A program made the position numbers and the translations under genes. Positions 1 through 8,890 of a stretch of DNA of 64,000 nucleotides are shown here, piece after piece. Positions within the stretch are counted from its first letter, which is position 1. Each line of letters begins with the position of its first letter. The DNA is from Bacteroidota bacterium (lineage in GTDB: Bacteria; Bacteroidota; Bacteroidia; Bacteroidales; FEN-979), in the NCBI GenBank assembly GCA_026391805.1, contig JAPLDJ010000022.1, forward strand, positions 2,253-66,252, written 5' to 3'. The notes beneath the pieces were generated by a model, which was not told the DNA's origin, searched no databases, and was given only the letters and a program-made list of their open reading frames with translations.

Positions 1-14
1 TTTCTTTAGCCTAA

Positions 15-989
15 ATGAGCAAGGTAAAGTACAAGTTCAACAAGAAGTCGCTTACATTCGACCGGGTGCAAACCACCTTCCGGAAGAGGTTGCTCTATTT
101 CTTTACGCACCTTTCCACCGGGGTTGTATTTGCAGCGGTCGTGCTTGTGCTTGCATTCAATTTCATTGATTCGCCGAAAGAAAAAGCACAGAAACGCGAA
201 CTTGAGCAGATGAAACTTCAGTACCGCATGCTGAACGACCAGCTCGACCGTGTAACAAAGGTACTGGCCGATCTGCAGGACAGGGATGACAACATCTACC
301 GGGTGATCTTTGAATCGGAACCCATTCCCGGACCGATCCGTGAAGCAGGGATCGGCGGCGTCGACCGGTACGAAAAACTGAAAGGATACAAGAATTCGGA
401 ACTGATCATCGAGACGGAAAAGAAAATGGACCAGATCCTCGGGAAATTATATGTTCAGTCGAAATCGTTTGACGAGGTGTTTGACCTGGCCAAGAACAAG
501 GAACGGATGCTGGTGAGCATTCCGGCCATCCAGCCCGTGAGCAACAAAGACCTCCGCAGGATCGGATCCTATTTCGGTACACGGATGGACCCGTTCTATA
601 AGGTCCGGAAGTTTCATGAAGGAATGGATTTTTCGGCTTCCATCGGAACCGAGGTCTATGCCACCGGCAACGGGATGATCGAAATGGCCGGACGTGACGA
701 AGGCGGAGGCTACGGCAACGAAATCATCATCGATCACGGATACAGTTATAAAACGGTCTATGCCCATCTGTCGAGGATCTTTGTAAAGCCCGGACAAAAG
801 GTTTTACGGGGCATGATCATCGGATATGTCGGAAATACAGGAAAATCAACATCTCCGCACCTTCATTATGAAGTCCGGAAGAACGGCATCCCCCTGAACC
901 CGATCTATTTCTTCTTCAACGATCTTACCGCCGATCAGTACCAGATGATGCTCGACCTTTCATCGCGGCCTTCACAAACCATGGATTAA
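15..989 (+). CDS. M23 family (LytM-type) metallopeptidase, membrane-anchored
   Basis: 324-aa ORF with an N-terminal TM helix (STGVVFAAVVLVLAF) and a coiled-coil segment. It carries the HxxxD (FHEGMD) and HxH (SPHLHYEV) zinc motifs of peptidase M23. Confidence 0.85.
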   Translation: MSKVKYKFNKKSLTFDRVQTTFRKRLLYFFTHLSTGVVFAAVVLVLAFNFIDSPKEKAQKRELEQMKLQYRMLNDQLDRVTKVLADLQDRDDNIYRVIFESEPIPGPIREAGIGGVDRYEKLKGYKNSELIIETEKKMDQILGKLYVQSKSFDEVFDLAKNKERMLVSIPAIQPVSNKDLRRIGSYFGTRMDPFYKVRKFHEGMDFSASIGTEVYATGNGMIEMAGRDEGGGYGNEIIIDHGYSYKTVYAHLSRIFVKPGQKVLRGMIIGYVGNTGKSTSPHLHYEVRKNGIPLNPIYFFFNDLTADQYQMMLDLSSRPSQTMD

Positions 990-1002
990 CAGTAAACCTG
1001 CA

Positions 1003-1341
1003 ATGGTCAATAAGGAAGGGAAGATTGAGAAAGTTTACTATACCATTGGGGAAGTAGCGGAGTTGTTTGAAGTGAACGCTTCACTGATCCGTTTCTGGGA
1101 AAAAGAATTCGATTTTTTTCATCCCCATAAAAATAAAAAAGGGAACCGGCTGTTTACCAAACAGGACATCGATAAGATCAAGATCATTTATCACCTGGTC
1201 AAGGAAAAAGGCTATACTCTCCAGGGTGCAAAGGAAAAGATCACCAATAATCTGGAGGATGTCGACAGGCAGGTGGAGATCGTTGATTCGCTGAAGCGGA
1301 TAAAAGGTTTTCTTCTCGAATTAAAGAATGATCTTCCATGA
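1003..1341 (+). CDS. MerR family transcriptional regulator (short, HTH only)
   Basis: 112 aa with an N-terminal MerR-type HTH (YTIGEVAELFEVNASLIRFWEKEF). Its stop overlaps the next start (ATGA at 1338-1341). Confidence 0.8.
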   Translation: MVNKEGKIEKVYYTIGEVAELFEVNASLIRFWEKEFDFFHPHKNKKGNRLFTKQDIDKIKIIYHLVKEKGYTLQGAKEKITNNLEDVDRQVEIVDSLKRIKGFLLELKNDLP

Positions 1342-1694
1342 AAAAGGATCCTGCAGAAAAGAATGAGGGATCCTTTTTTGAAAAAGTATATAAGATTGTC
1401 CGCAGGATCCCGTATGGAAGAGTGACCACCTATGGCGCCATTGCAGAGTACCTCGGAACAAGGGGATCGGCCCGGATGGTGGGTTGGGCCATGAACAGCT
1501 CGCATACGGAAACCTCCCGTGTTCCGGCCCACCGCGTGGTGAACCGGGTCGGTTTACTGACAGGCAAGCATCATTTCGGCGGTCAGAATGTGATGAAGCA
1601 ACTGCTGGAAAGTGAAGGGATCGAAGTTGAAGATGACCAGATAGCAGGATTTGAAAAGGTCTTTTGGAATCCCAGAAAGGAATTAAGAAAGTGA
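1338..1694 (+). CDS. Alkyltransferase-like protein (MGMT DNA-binding domain, YbaZ/ATL type) without the acceptor cysteine
   Basis: 118 aa with motifs IPYGRVTTYGAIAEYLG...ARMVGWAM...VPAHRVVNRVG. The canonical PCHRV site reads PAHRV (Cys to Ala), as in ATL proteins. Confidence 0.75.
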   Translation: MKKDPAEKNEGSFFEKVYKIVRRIPYGRVTTYGAIAEYLGTRGSARMVGWAMNSSHTETSRVPAHRVVNRVGLLTGKHHFGGQNVMKQLLESEGIEVEDDQIAGFEKVFWNPRKELRK

Positions 1695-1823
1695 ACGGTG
1701 AACAGTGAAGGGTGAAGGGTATTTGAGTAACGGAGATTAATCTGTGTAATCTGTGGTGAAAAAAAAGAGTGAGCAATTAAAAACGAACGACTGACAACTA
1801 ACAACGAACAGATAATAACGAAT
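1691..1823. repeat. Intergenic block built from heptanucleotide tandem arrays
   Basis: Three repeat blocks are read directly: GTGAACG GTGAACA GTGAAGG GTGAAGG (1691-1718), TAATCTGTG x2 (about 1736-1753), and AACGAAC GACTGAC AACTAAC AACGAAC AGATAAT AACGAAT (1782-1823). Confidence 0.85.
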
Positions 1824-1824
1824 A

Positions 1825-2910
1825 ATGATAACGCAAAAACAAATATTAGACGCCTTAAGTAATGTTCAGGATCCTGATCTCAAGAAGGATCTTGTGACAC
1901 TCAATATGATCCAGGATATTAAGATCGACGGGCAGAAGGTGAAGTTCACCCTTGTACTGACAACCCCGGCCTGTCCCCTGAAGGACTTCCTGAAGAAAAA
2001 ATGCATTGAAGCCATTCATAAGTATGCAGATCCTTATGCCGAAGTGGAAATTGAACTTTCATCAAAGGTGACAAGTGCAAGAAAAGAGGCTGAAGAGATG
2101 CTGAAGGATGTCAGGAACATTATAGCAGTGGGATCCGGAAAAGGCGGCGTCGGGAAATCCACGGTTGCCGTAAACCTTGCCCTTTCACTGGCCAGAACCG
2201 GTGCAAAGGTGGGGCTGATGGATGCCGACATTTACGGGCCTTCAATCCCGATGATGTTCGGACTGATGAATGTACCGCCGCGTATGACCGACCGTGACGG
2301 TAAAACCTGGATCATCCCTTTTGAAAAATATGGCATCAAGCTTCTTTCGATCGGGTTTTTCGTTGACCAGAAAAAAGCGCTCATCTGGCGCGGTCCGATG
2401 ATCTCTTCCGCATTGAAGCAATTGCTGACGGAATCGATCTGGGGAGAACTCGACTACATGGTGATCGATCTTCCGCCGGGAACCGGCGATATTCCCCTGA
2501 CGCTGATCCAGAATTTCCCGCTTACCGGGGCGATCATTGTAAGCACACCCCAGGAGATGGCCATTGCCGACGTCCGCAAGGCTGCTGATATGTTCAATAC
2601 GGAAGCCATCAGGATTCCGATCCTGGGACTGGTGGAGAACATGTCGTATTTTATTCCGCCGGACATGCCGGAGAAGAAATACCATGTCTTTGGCGAAAGC
2701 GGCTGTGCCCGGTTTGCAAAGGAACTTTCCATACCTTTGCTGGGTCAGTTGCCGATCGAAACGGCTATTTCAAACGGAGGCGACAATGGAATACCGGCAT
2801 CCATGAAAGAAGGCTCTCCGGTTTCGGAGGCATTTGCACGGCTGGCAGAAACGGTCGCACAGCAGGTGGCCATTCACAATGCCATCAGGGAATCACTGGG
2901 CGTGAATTGA
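1825..2910 (+). CDS. apbC: Mrp/NBP35 family Fe-S cluster carrier ATPase (ApbC)
   Basis: 361 aa with an N-terminal DUF59-like segment (ILDALSNVQDPDLKKDLVTLNMI). It has the deviant Walker A GKGGVGKST and a MinD/Mrp-like core. Confidence 0.9.
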   Translation: MITQKQILDALSNVQDPDLKKDLVTLNMIQDIKIDGQKVKFTLVLTTPACPLKDFLKKKCIEAIHKYADPYAEVEIELSSKVTSARKEAEEMLKDVRNIIAVGSGKGGVGKSTVAVNLALSLARTGAKVGLMDADIYGPSIPMMFGLMNVPPRMTDRDGKTWIIPFEKYGIKLLSIGFFVDQKKALIWRGPMISSALKQLLTESIWGELDYMVIDLPPGTGDIPLTLIQNFPLTGAIIVSTPQEMAIADVRKAADMFNTEAIRIPILGLVENMSYFIPPDMPEKKYHVFGESGCARFAKELSIPLLGQLPIETAISNGGDNGIPASMKEGSPVSEAFARLAETVAQQVAIHNAIRESLGVN

Positions 2911-2961
2911 AATCCGGGATTCAGAAAGAAACAGATTGTCGAATTAATAAATAAGAATAGC

Positions 2962-3210
2962 ATGACAGCAGAGAACCAGGAACTCGAAAATAAAGTTAAA
3001 AATGTACTTGAACAGATCCGTCCCTATCTTCAGGCCGACGGAGGAGATGTTGAATTCATTGAAATGAACGACGACAAGGTCGTTAGTGTCCGTTTGCTCG
3101 GCATGTGCGGCAACTGCCCGCATAGCCAGATGACGCTGAAACACGGTATCGAAGCCGCAGTGAAAAAGGTGTTACCCGAGGTCGCTTCGGTGGAATCAGT
3201 GATTGAATAG
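2962..3210 (+). CDS. NifU-like (C-terminal domain) Fe-S assembly protein
   Basis: 82 aa with the CxxC motif GMCGNCPHSQMTL and the LEQIRPYLQADGGDVEF signature of the NifU C-terminal domain. It lies adjacent to mrp. Confidence 0.85.
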   Translation: MTAENQELENKVKNVLEQIRPYLQADGGDVEFIEMNDDKVVSVRLLGMCGNCPHSQMTLKHGIEAAVKKVLPEVASVESVIE

Positions 3211-3222
3211 CAGCGGTTTTTG

Positions 3223-4872
3223 TTACGACAGGTATTTTGCCACGATCGGCATCCTGCGCCCGGTCCCGAATGCTTTCGGGGAGACCCGCAGGATCGGGGG
3301 CGTCTGGTAACGCTTGTATTCGCTGGTGTTCACAAGCTTAAGCACCCTTTTTACAATCGTTTCATTGAAGCCTTCTTTCACAAGATCACCGGGTCCTTTC
3401 CGTAATTCTATGTAACGGTAAAGGATATCGTCAAGAATGGCATATTCCGGCAGTGAATCAGAATCTTTCTGACCGGGCCGCAACTCTGCTGAAGGCGGCT
3501 TATCAATTGAATTCTTTGGGATGATTATTTTCTTCCTGTTGATGTAAGCAGCAAGCTCATAAACCTGGGTCTTGTAAACATCTCCAAGCACGGAAAGTCC
3601 CCCGGACATATCTCCGTACAACGTTCCGTATCCCACGGCAGCTTCGCTTTTATTTGAAGTATTAAGGAGGATGTACCCGAATTTGTTGGATAGAGCCATC
3701 AGGATGACGGCCCTCGCACGCGCCTGCATGTTCTCTTCCGTGATGTCGAACGGCAGTTCTCCGAACAAAGGCTGAAGGGTATCCTCGAAAGCAGAAAAAG
3801 CCTGGTCGATGGGAATGATGTCATGCTGTACGTTCAGGTTATCGGCAAGCTCAACCGCATCGCTGATGCTGTGCTCCGATGAATAACGCGACGGGAGCAG
3901 GACCGCCCTGACATTTTCACTTCCCAGTGCACGGGCAGCAAGGACCAGCGTCACGGCGGAATCGATCCCGCCAGACAATCCGAGGATCGCCTTTTTCAGA
4001 TCCATCTTGCCGAAATAATCGCGGATCCCCATGACCAGCGCATCGTGGATCAGCCCTATCTTACTTAGCGTCTTGGCGTCTTGGCGGTTTTCTTTCTTTT
4101 CCTTATAAATAAAATCATTCAGGTTATACACCCGGAAATCTTCCTCGAAATAATTCAGTTCATCGAACACGCTCCCATCCGGCCCCAGCACCATTGATCC
4201 TCCGTCAAACAGAAGTTCGGTTTGTCCCCCGACATGATTCAGGTAAAAGAACGGCAGCTTGTATTTCTTTGCATTACGGATCAGCACATCTTTCCGGATG
4301 CCCTGCTGGTTATAATGAAAAGGTGAAGCCGCAATGTTAATGACAAGATCGGGTTCCAGTTTGATCAGCTCATCCATCGGGTTCCTGACATAAAGCGGGT
4401 CATCTGTTATATTCCACAGATCCTCACATATGGTGACCGCAAACTTGTACTTTTTATATTCGACCACCTGGTAAGGCATGCGGTTGGGCTCGAAATAGCG
4501 GTATTCGTCGAACACATCATAGTTAGGAAGCAATGTCTTATGGAAGACAGCTTTTATTTTTCCTTCCGCGAGAAAATAGGCTGAGTTGTAAAGGGGTTTC
4601 CCCTTCTCGAAAGGATTTACCGACGGAGCTCCCACGATGGCTGCAATGCCATGACATTCTTTCGCTATGGAAAGAATGGCTTTTTGACTCCTGGAATTGA
4701 AATCATCAAATTCAAGAAAATCGCGCGGAGGATAGCCGCAGACCGCAAGCTCCGAAAACACCACAACATCTGCCGGCTCGCCTTTCGCCTTTTTGATGAC
4801 AGACCGGATGCGGGCGACATTCGACTCAAAATCCCCGATATGGTAATTCAGTTGTGCAAGCGCAATGCGCAT
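3223..4872 (-). CDS. nadE: Glutamine-dependent NAD+ synthetase
   Basis: 549 aa. The N-terminal CN-hydrolase domain shows ELAVCGYPPRD and TICEDLW. The C-terminal NAD synthetase domain carries the SGGIDS PP-loop (LGLSGGIDSAV). Confidence 0.92.
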   Translation of the reverse strand: MRIALAQLNYHIGDFESNVARIRSVIKKAKGEPADVVVFSELAVCGYPPRDFLEFDDFNSRSQKAILSIAKECHGIAAIVGAPSVNPFEKGKPLYNSAYFLAEGKIKAVFHKTLLPNYDVFDEYRYFEPNRMPYQVVEYKKYKFAVTICEDLWNITDDPLYVRNPMDELIKLEPDLVINIAASPFHYNQQGIRKDVLIRNAKKYKLPFFYLNHVGGQTELLFDGGSMVLGPDGSVFDELNYFEEDFRVYNLNDFIYKEKKENRQDAKTLSKIGLIHDALVMGIRDYFGKMDLKKAILGLSGGIDSAVTLVLAARALGSENVRAVLLPSRYSSEHSISDAVELADNLNVQHDIIPIDQAFSAFEDTLQPLFGELPFDITEENMQARARAVILMALSNKFGYILLNTSNKSEAAVGYGTLYGDMSGGLSVLGDVYKTQVYELAAYINRKKIIIPKNSIDKPPSAELRPGQKDSDSLPEYAILDDILYRYIELRKGPGDLVKEGFNETIVKRVLKLVNTSEYKRYQTPPILRVSPKAFGTGRRMPIVAKYLS

Positions 4873-4883
4873 CTTCGGATAGT

Positions 4884-5573
4884 TTAAAAGAGAACACCGA
4901 TGTTCAGTTCCACGTAATTCAGGCTGCTCCGGTTCTCCAGGCCGGGATCTTTGCTGTTGCTCCCATGCAGAACATTGTTGAGGCTGTTGCTGTACCCCAG
5001 CGATAATAATAACGAAACCGATTCATCAATCTTGTATTCGGTGCCCAATGCCACCAGGATGGCTTCACGGATAAGAGTGGTTTCACCGGATGAGAGATTG
5101 TATTTGTCGGTAAGCGATTTGTTTTCATCCGTCATGAACTCATCGTTGGCTTTTGTCCTGAGGTTAAACCCTGTTCCGAAACCAATCTGTCCGAAAAAGC
5201 TGAATGCCCCGAACTCCTTGGTCTTCATCTTGATCATCAGCGGGATCTCAAGGTAACGGAAGCTGTATTTCCGCTTCATGACCCCGGTGTCGGGAGAACT
5301 GGCATAAGGGAACTGAAGATTTCCTGAAAGAAAAGAGAAGTTAAACCCGGTGGAAAATGCATAGTGTTCCGTAAAATAGAAATCACTGATAAAGCCGAAT
5401 CCGATCCCTGCGGCCGCTCCCTTGCTGCTGTAATTTTTTTCATTTGGGTTCATCCAGGAAATGGCAGGTGAGATCTTCAGTCCGAGATGGATCTTTGAAT
5501 CCTGTGAAAACAATTTTCCCGGGATGACCAGCAGTAGAAGGAGACACCCGGTTTGGAGGATATATTTTCTCAT
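4884..5573 (-). CDS. Outer-membrane beta-barrel (porin-family/PorT-like) protein
   Basis: 229 aa with a signal peptide (LLLLVIPGKLFSQ). It shows alternating amphipathic beta-strand patterning and a C-terminal aromatic residue (NIGVLF). Confidence 0.65.
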   Translation of the reverse strand: MRKYILQTGCLLLLLVIPGKLFSQDSKIHLGLKISPAISWMNPNEKNYSSKGAAAGIGFGFISDFYFTEHYAFSTGFNFSFLSGNLQFPYASSPDTGVMKRKYSFRYLEIPLMIKMKTKEFGAFSFFGQIGFGTGFNLRTKANDEFMTDENKSLTDKYNLSSGETTLIREAILVALGTEYKIDESVSLLLSLGYSNSLNNVLHGSNSKDPGLENRSSLNYVELNIGVLF

Positions 5574-5799
5574 GCAATGAGTTTTTTGATGGTATGATGC
5601 TGCTTTTCAGCAAAAATACATTTTTCATCAGCGTATCAGAATGTAATTCCCGGGATTTTATCCAAAAGTAATCAACGGATGATAATCGTTCGAAATTTTC
5701 TGAATTCAGACTTTTTATTTATTATTGTTCGGGGGAAGGATGTCCGTTCAGTGTTGAAACAAAATACTATCCATCTGAACCTTGCGTTTAATCTACATT

Positions 5800-6002
5800 G
5801 ACCCCTCCCCCTGCGGGGATGACTAAAAAGTCCTTATTCGCCTTTGTGAAGACCTTTGTAGCCTTTGTGGTTAAATTTTAAGTGATTAAACCACAAAGGA
5901 CTCGAAGCCTGCCTGCCGGCAGGCAGGTACCCACAAAGTCGCACAAAGGAAAATATTCTGCATACTTTTTCTTTTTAGTCAACCCCAACGGGGTGGGGTC
6001 AT
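5800..6002. repeat. Nested palindromic MITE/REP-like element
   Basis: Imperfect terminal inverted repeats of about 31 bp: TGACCCCTCCCCCTGCGGGGATGACTAAAAAG (5800-5831) and CTTTTTAGTCAACCCCAACGGGGTGGGGTCA (5972-6002). Inside are 3x CCTTTGT(G) (5842, 5854, 5863) mirrored by 3x CACAAAG(G) (5893, 5933, 5943). There is also a perfect 20-bp palindrome, CCTGCCTGCCGGCAGGCAGG (5909-5928). Confidence 0.7.
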
Positions 6003-6055
6003 AAGGATCAATTTAATACCGCTATGGGCGGGGAGGATCATTAAAAACCGGAACC

Positions 6056-7057
6056 ATGAAATATCGCTATCTGTTCATTTCTTTATTCATCATTTTATTT
6101 GCAACCAGTTGCAACTGGCGCAGCGACAGGCTGAAGGTCGATGTATCGAAGATCAGCGTACCTGATGTTAAAATTCACCGGTATGATGTAGATCTGTTTA
6201 AGATCCGGATCCCGGATCTTCAAAATGGACTGGAAGCCATAAAGAATGAGTATTATTTTTTTCTTGGAACGAACCTCGGTGATCCGAAGAAACTCGATGA
6301 AATGAGTGCCTACCTGGAAAATCCCAGGAACATCGATTTCCACCAGGCCTGCGTGAACCAGTATAAGGACCTGTCTGATGTTGAAAAAGGACTGACGGAA
6401 ACATTTCGCCATCTGAGATATTATTTTCCGGATGCAAAGATCCCGAGGGTTTACTCCTATATCTCAGGTGGTGATTATCCCAATTCCGTTCAGCTGGCCG
6501 ACAGCGTGATGATCATTGCACTGGATAATTATCTCGGGAAGGATTTTAAACCCTATTTCACCGACGGACTTCCCGCCTATAAAGCAGAACGAATGACCAA
6601 GCATCACATCGTTCCCGATTGTGCTGCCGCGATTATCAGCTCATTGTATCCTGAAAACCCTGCTTCAATGACGCTGCTTGATGCCATGGTGGATGCAGGG
6701 AAACGGCTTTACCTGGTGGAGGCGATGATCCCGGAAGTTCCAGGTTACCTGAAGATGGATTACACTGAAGAGCAGTATGAATGGGCTCAGAAGAATGAAG
6801 CCCACGTCTGGGCGGCAATCATCGAAAACCGCATGCTCTATTCCACCGACGGACAGTATTTCCGCATGTTTCTTTCCGACGGACCCTGTACCATGGAATT
6901 TACGAAAGATTCCCCGCCCCGTCTGGGCGAATGGATCGGCGTGCAGATCATACGTGCCTGGATGCAGAATAACCCCGGCATAACGCTTCAGCAGATGATG
7001 CAGGAAAAAGATTCCCAGAAGGTCCTTTCCAAATCAGGCTATAAGCCCAAAAAATGA
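6056..7057 (+). CDS. gldB: GldB-like gliding-motility lipoprotein
   Basis: 333 aa with a lipoprotein signal and lipobox (LFATSC). The C-terminal region PPRLGEWIGVQIIRAWMQNNPGITLQQMM...YKPKK resembles GldB as I recall it. As I recall, nadE is also adjacent to gldB in Flavobacterium, as it is here. Confidence 0.65.
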   Translation: MKYRYLFISLFIILFATSCNWRSDRLKVDVSKISVPDVKIHRYDVDLFKIRIPDLQNGLEAIKNEYYFFLGTNLGDPKKLDEMSAYLENPRNIDFHQACVNQYKDLSDVEKGLTETFRHLRYYFPDAKIPRVYSYISGGDYPNSVQLADSVMIIALDNYLGKDFKPYFTDGLPAYKAERMTKHHIVPDCAAAIISSLYPENPASMTLLDAMVDAGKRLYLVEAMIPEVPGYLKMDYTEEQYEWAQKNEAHVWAAIIENRMLYSTDGQYFRMFLSDGPCTMEFTKDSPPRLGEWIGVQIIRAWMQNNPGITLQQMMQEKDSQKVLSKSGYKPKK

Positions 7058-7166
7058 TTCCAGCAGGCGGTCACAAAATAAATTGTTGAAAAAAAGTTCG
7101 CCAAAACGTATTACCTTTTTCTTTTTTTCCGATTAAGGGATATTAATTCTTATCCCTTTCAGCCCT

Positions 7167-8705
7167 ATGCTAGTCAGAACGTATGGAAGTGCCTTGTACG
7201 GGATCCACGCCATTACCGTCACCATTGAGGTTTGCATCGACCAGGGGATCAATTTCTTCATGGTCGGCTTACCCGATAATGCGGTGAAGGAGAGTCATCA
7301 GCGGATCGATTCGGCGCTGCGGAATACCGGGTACAAGATCCCCGGGAAGAAGATCGTGATCAACATGGCGCCTGCAGATATCCGTAAGGAAGGTTCAGCG
7401 TATGATCTCACGATCGCCGTTGCAATCCTCGCTGCAGACAAGATCGTGAAGATGGAAAAGCTGGAGTCGTTCATGATCCTTGGAGAGCTTTCCCTTGATG
7501 GAAGTCTTCAGCCGATGAAAGGAGCGCTTCCAATCGCGATCGAGGCCCTGCGGAAAGGGTTTAAAGGAATAATTCTTCCATTGCAGAATGCAAAGGAAGC
7601 CGCGATTGTCGGGAAACTTGATGTATATGGTGTCGAAAATATAAAGCAGGTCATCGATTTTCTGAATGATACCGGGAAACTGGAACCGGTTGTCGTCGAT
7701 ACAAAAGAAGAATTTTTTGCACGGCTGAATGAATATGAATACGATTTTGCAGATGTCAGGGGACAGGAGAACATCAAAAGGGCGTTGGAAATTGCAGCAG
7801 CAGGGGGACACAACGTCATTCTGATTGGGCCGCCGGGGGCTGGTAAGACGATGTTGGCAAAAAGGCTGCCTTCGATCCTGCCCCCCCTGAATCTGCAGGA
7901 GGCACTGGAGACGACAAAGATCCATTCAGTCGCCGGCAAGATGTCGCACAACCATTCGCTGGTCTCGGTGCGGCCATTCAGGGCACCGCACCATACGATC
8001 AGCGATGTTGCGCTTGTCGGCGGAGGCGGGGTGCCACAGCCCGGGGAAATTTCGATGGCACATAACGGCGTATTGTTTCTGGACGAACTCCCGGAATTCA
8101 AGCGGACGGTGCTGGAAGTGCTGCGGCAGCCATTGGAAGACCGTGTCGTGACGATCTCAAGGGCTAAATTTTCGGTGGAATACCCTGCCAGCTTTATGCT
8201 CGTGGCTGCCATGAATCCATGCCCGTGCGGTTATTACAATCACCCGAGCATCGAATGTAAATGCGGGGCTGGCTTTGTTCAGAAATACCTGAACAAGATT
8301 TCAGGTCCCATGTTCGACCGCATCGACATTCATGTGGAGGTAATTCCTGTTCCGTTCCGGGAACTGAGCAATGCACGGCCTTCTGTGAAGAGTGAAGTGA
8401 TAAGGGAAAGGGTGATCGAAGCACGGCAGATCCAGGAAAAGCGGTATGAAGAGGTTCCCGGTGTTTATTGCAATGCACAGATATCGTCAAAGATGTTGCG
8501 GAAGGTCTGCAGCCTGGATGATGCCTGCAATCTTTTGCTGAAAAATGCAATGGAAAAACTGGGCCTTTCGGCACGCGCTTTCGACCGCATTCTCAAAGTT
8601 TCCCGGACCATTGCCGACATTGATAAAGCAGCCGACATACAGGCATCCCATTTGGCGGAGGCCATTCAGTACCGATCACTGGATAGGGATAATTGGGGGA
8701 AATAA
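7167..8705 (+). CDS. comM: YifB/ComM family Mg-chelatase-like AAA+ ATPase
   Basis: 512 aa with an N-terminal Lon-like domain and Walker A GPPGAGKTMLAKRL. It has a ChlI-like core and a C-terminal Mg-chelatase subunit domain. Confidence 0.9.
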   Translation: MLVRTYGSALYGIHAITVTIEVCIDQGINFFMVGLPDNAVKESHQRIDSALRNTGYKIPGKKIVINMAPADIRKEGSAYDLTIAVAILAADKIVKMEKLESFMILGELSLDGSLQPMKGALPIAIEALRKGFKGIILPLQNAKEAAIVGKLDVYGVENIKQVIDFLNDTGKLEPVVVDTKEEFFARLNEYEYDFADVRGQENIKRALEIAAAGGHNVILIGPPGAGKTMLAKRLPSILPPLNLQEALETTKIHSVAGKMSHNHSLVSVRPFRAPHHTISDVALVGGGGVPQPGEISMAHNGVLFLDELPEFKRTVLEVLRQPLEDRVVTISRAKFSVEYPASFMLVAAMNPCPCGYYNHPSIECKCGAGFVQKYLNKISGPMFDRIDIHVEVIPVPFRELSNARPSVKSEVIRERVIEARQIQEKRYEEVPGVYCNAQISSKMLRKVCSLDDACNLLLKNAMEKLGLSARAFDRILKVSRTIADIDKAADIQASHLAEAIQYRSLDRDNWGK

Positions 8706-8720
8706 CTTGCATCCTTTTTC

Positions 8721-8760
8721 GCCTTGTGGTTAAAGAAATAAGTTGAGATATCACAAACTC
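8721..8760. repeat. Second, degenerate copy of the core of the 5800-6002 element
   Basis: GCCTTGTGGTTAAAGAAATAAGTTGAGATATCACAAACTC aligns by eye with GCCTTTGTGGTTAAATTTTAAGTGATTAAACCACAAAGGACTC (5862-5904). Confidence 0.5.
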
Positions 8761-8842
8761 ATCGTCCCCGGACAAACACCATGAATTTAACTATCCGCAG
8801 AAATTAATTTAAAAAATGCATACTAATTTTTAAATAGCACCA

Positions 8843-8850
8843 TACATTTG
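8843..8850 (+). promoter_or_regulatory. Candidate Bacteroidota -7 promoter box (TACATTTG) for cysE
   Basis: Exact match to TAnnTTTG, with 40 nt between the box and the cysE start, in an AT-rich intergenic region. Confidence 0.4.
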
Positions 8851-8890
8851 CATATAATTAGACTAAATATAAATAAAAATTCTGTTCCGG

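Noticed and set aside
7118-7160. Small hairpin AAGGGATA-N8-TATCCCTT immediately upstream of comM.
   Set aside because: It has only an 8-bp stem, no flanking U-tract and no conserved-motif context. It is too weak to call a regulatory element from this window alone.
7508-8212. A 234-aa ORF antisense to comM. Similar long antisense ORFs occur at 9858..10439 (vs cysK), 19690..20301 (vs ftsA), 31061..31600 (vs rsmH), 54877..55560 (vs nadC) and 2242..2685 (vs apbC).
   Set aside because: Each lies entirely inside a strongly supported, motif-rich gene on the other strand. Their translations are low-complexity (Ser/Arg/Pro-rich) with no recognisable motifs. This is typical of shadow ORFs in GC-richer coding sequence.
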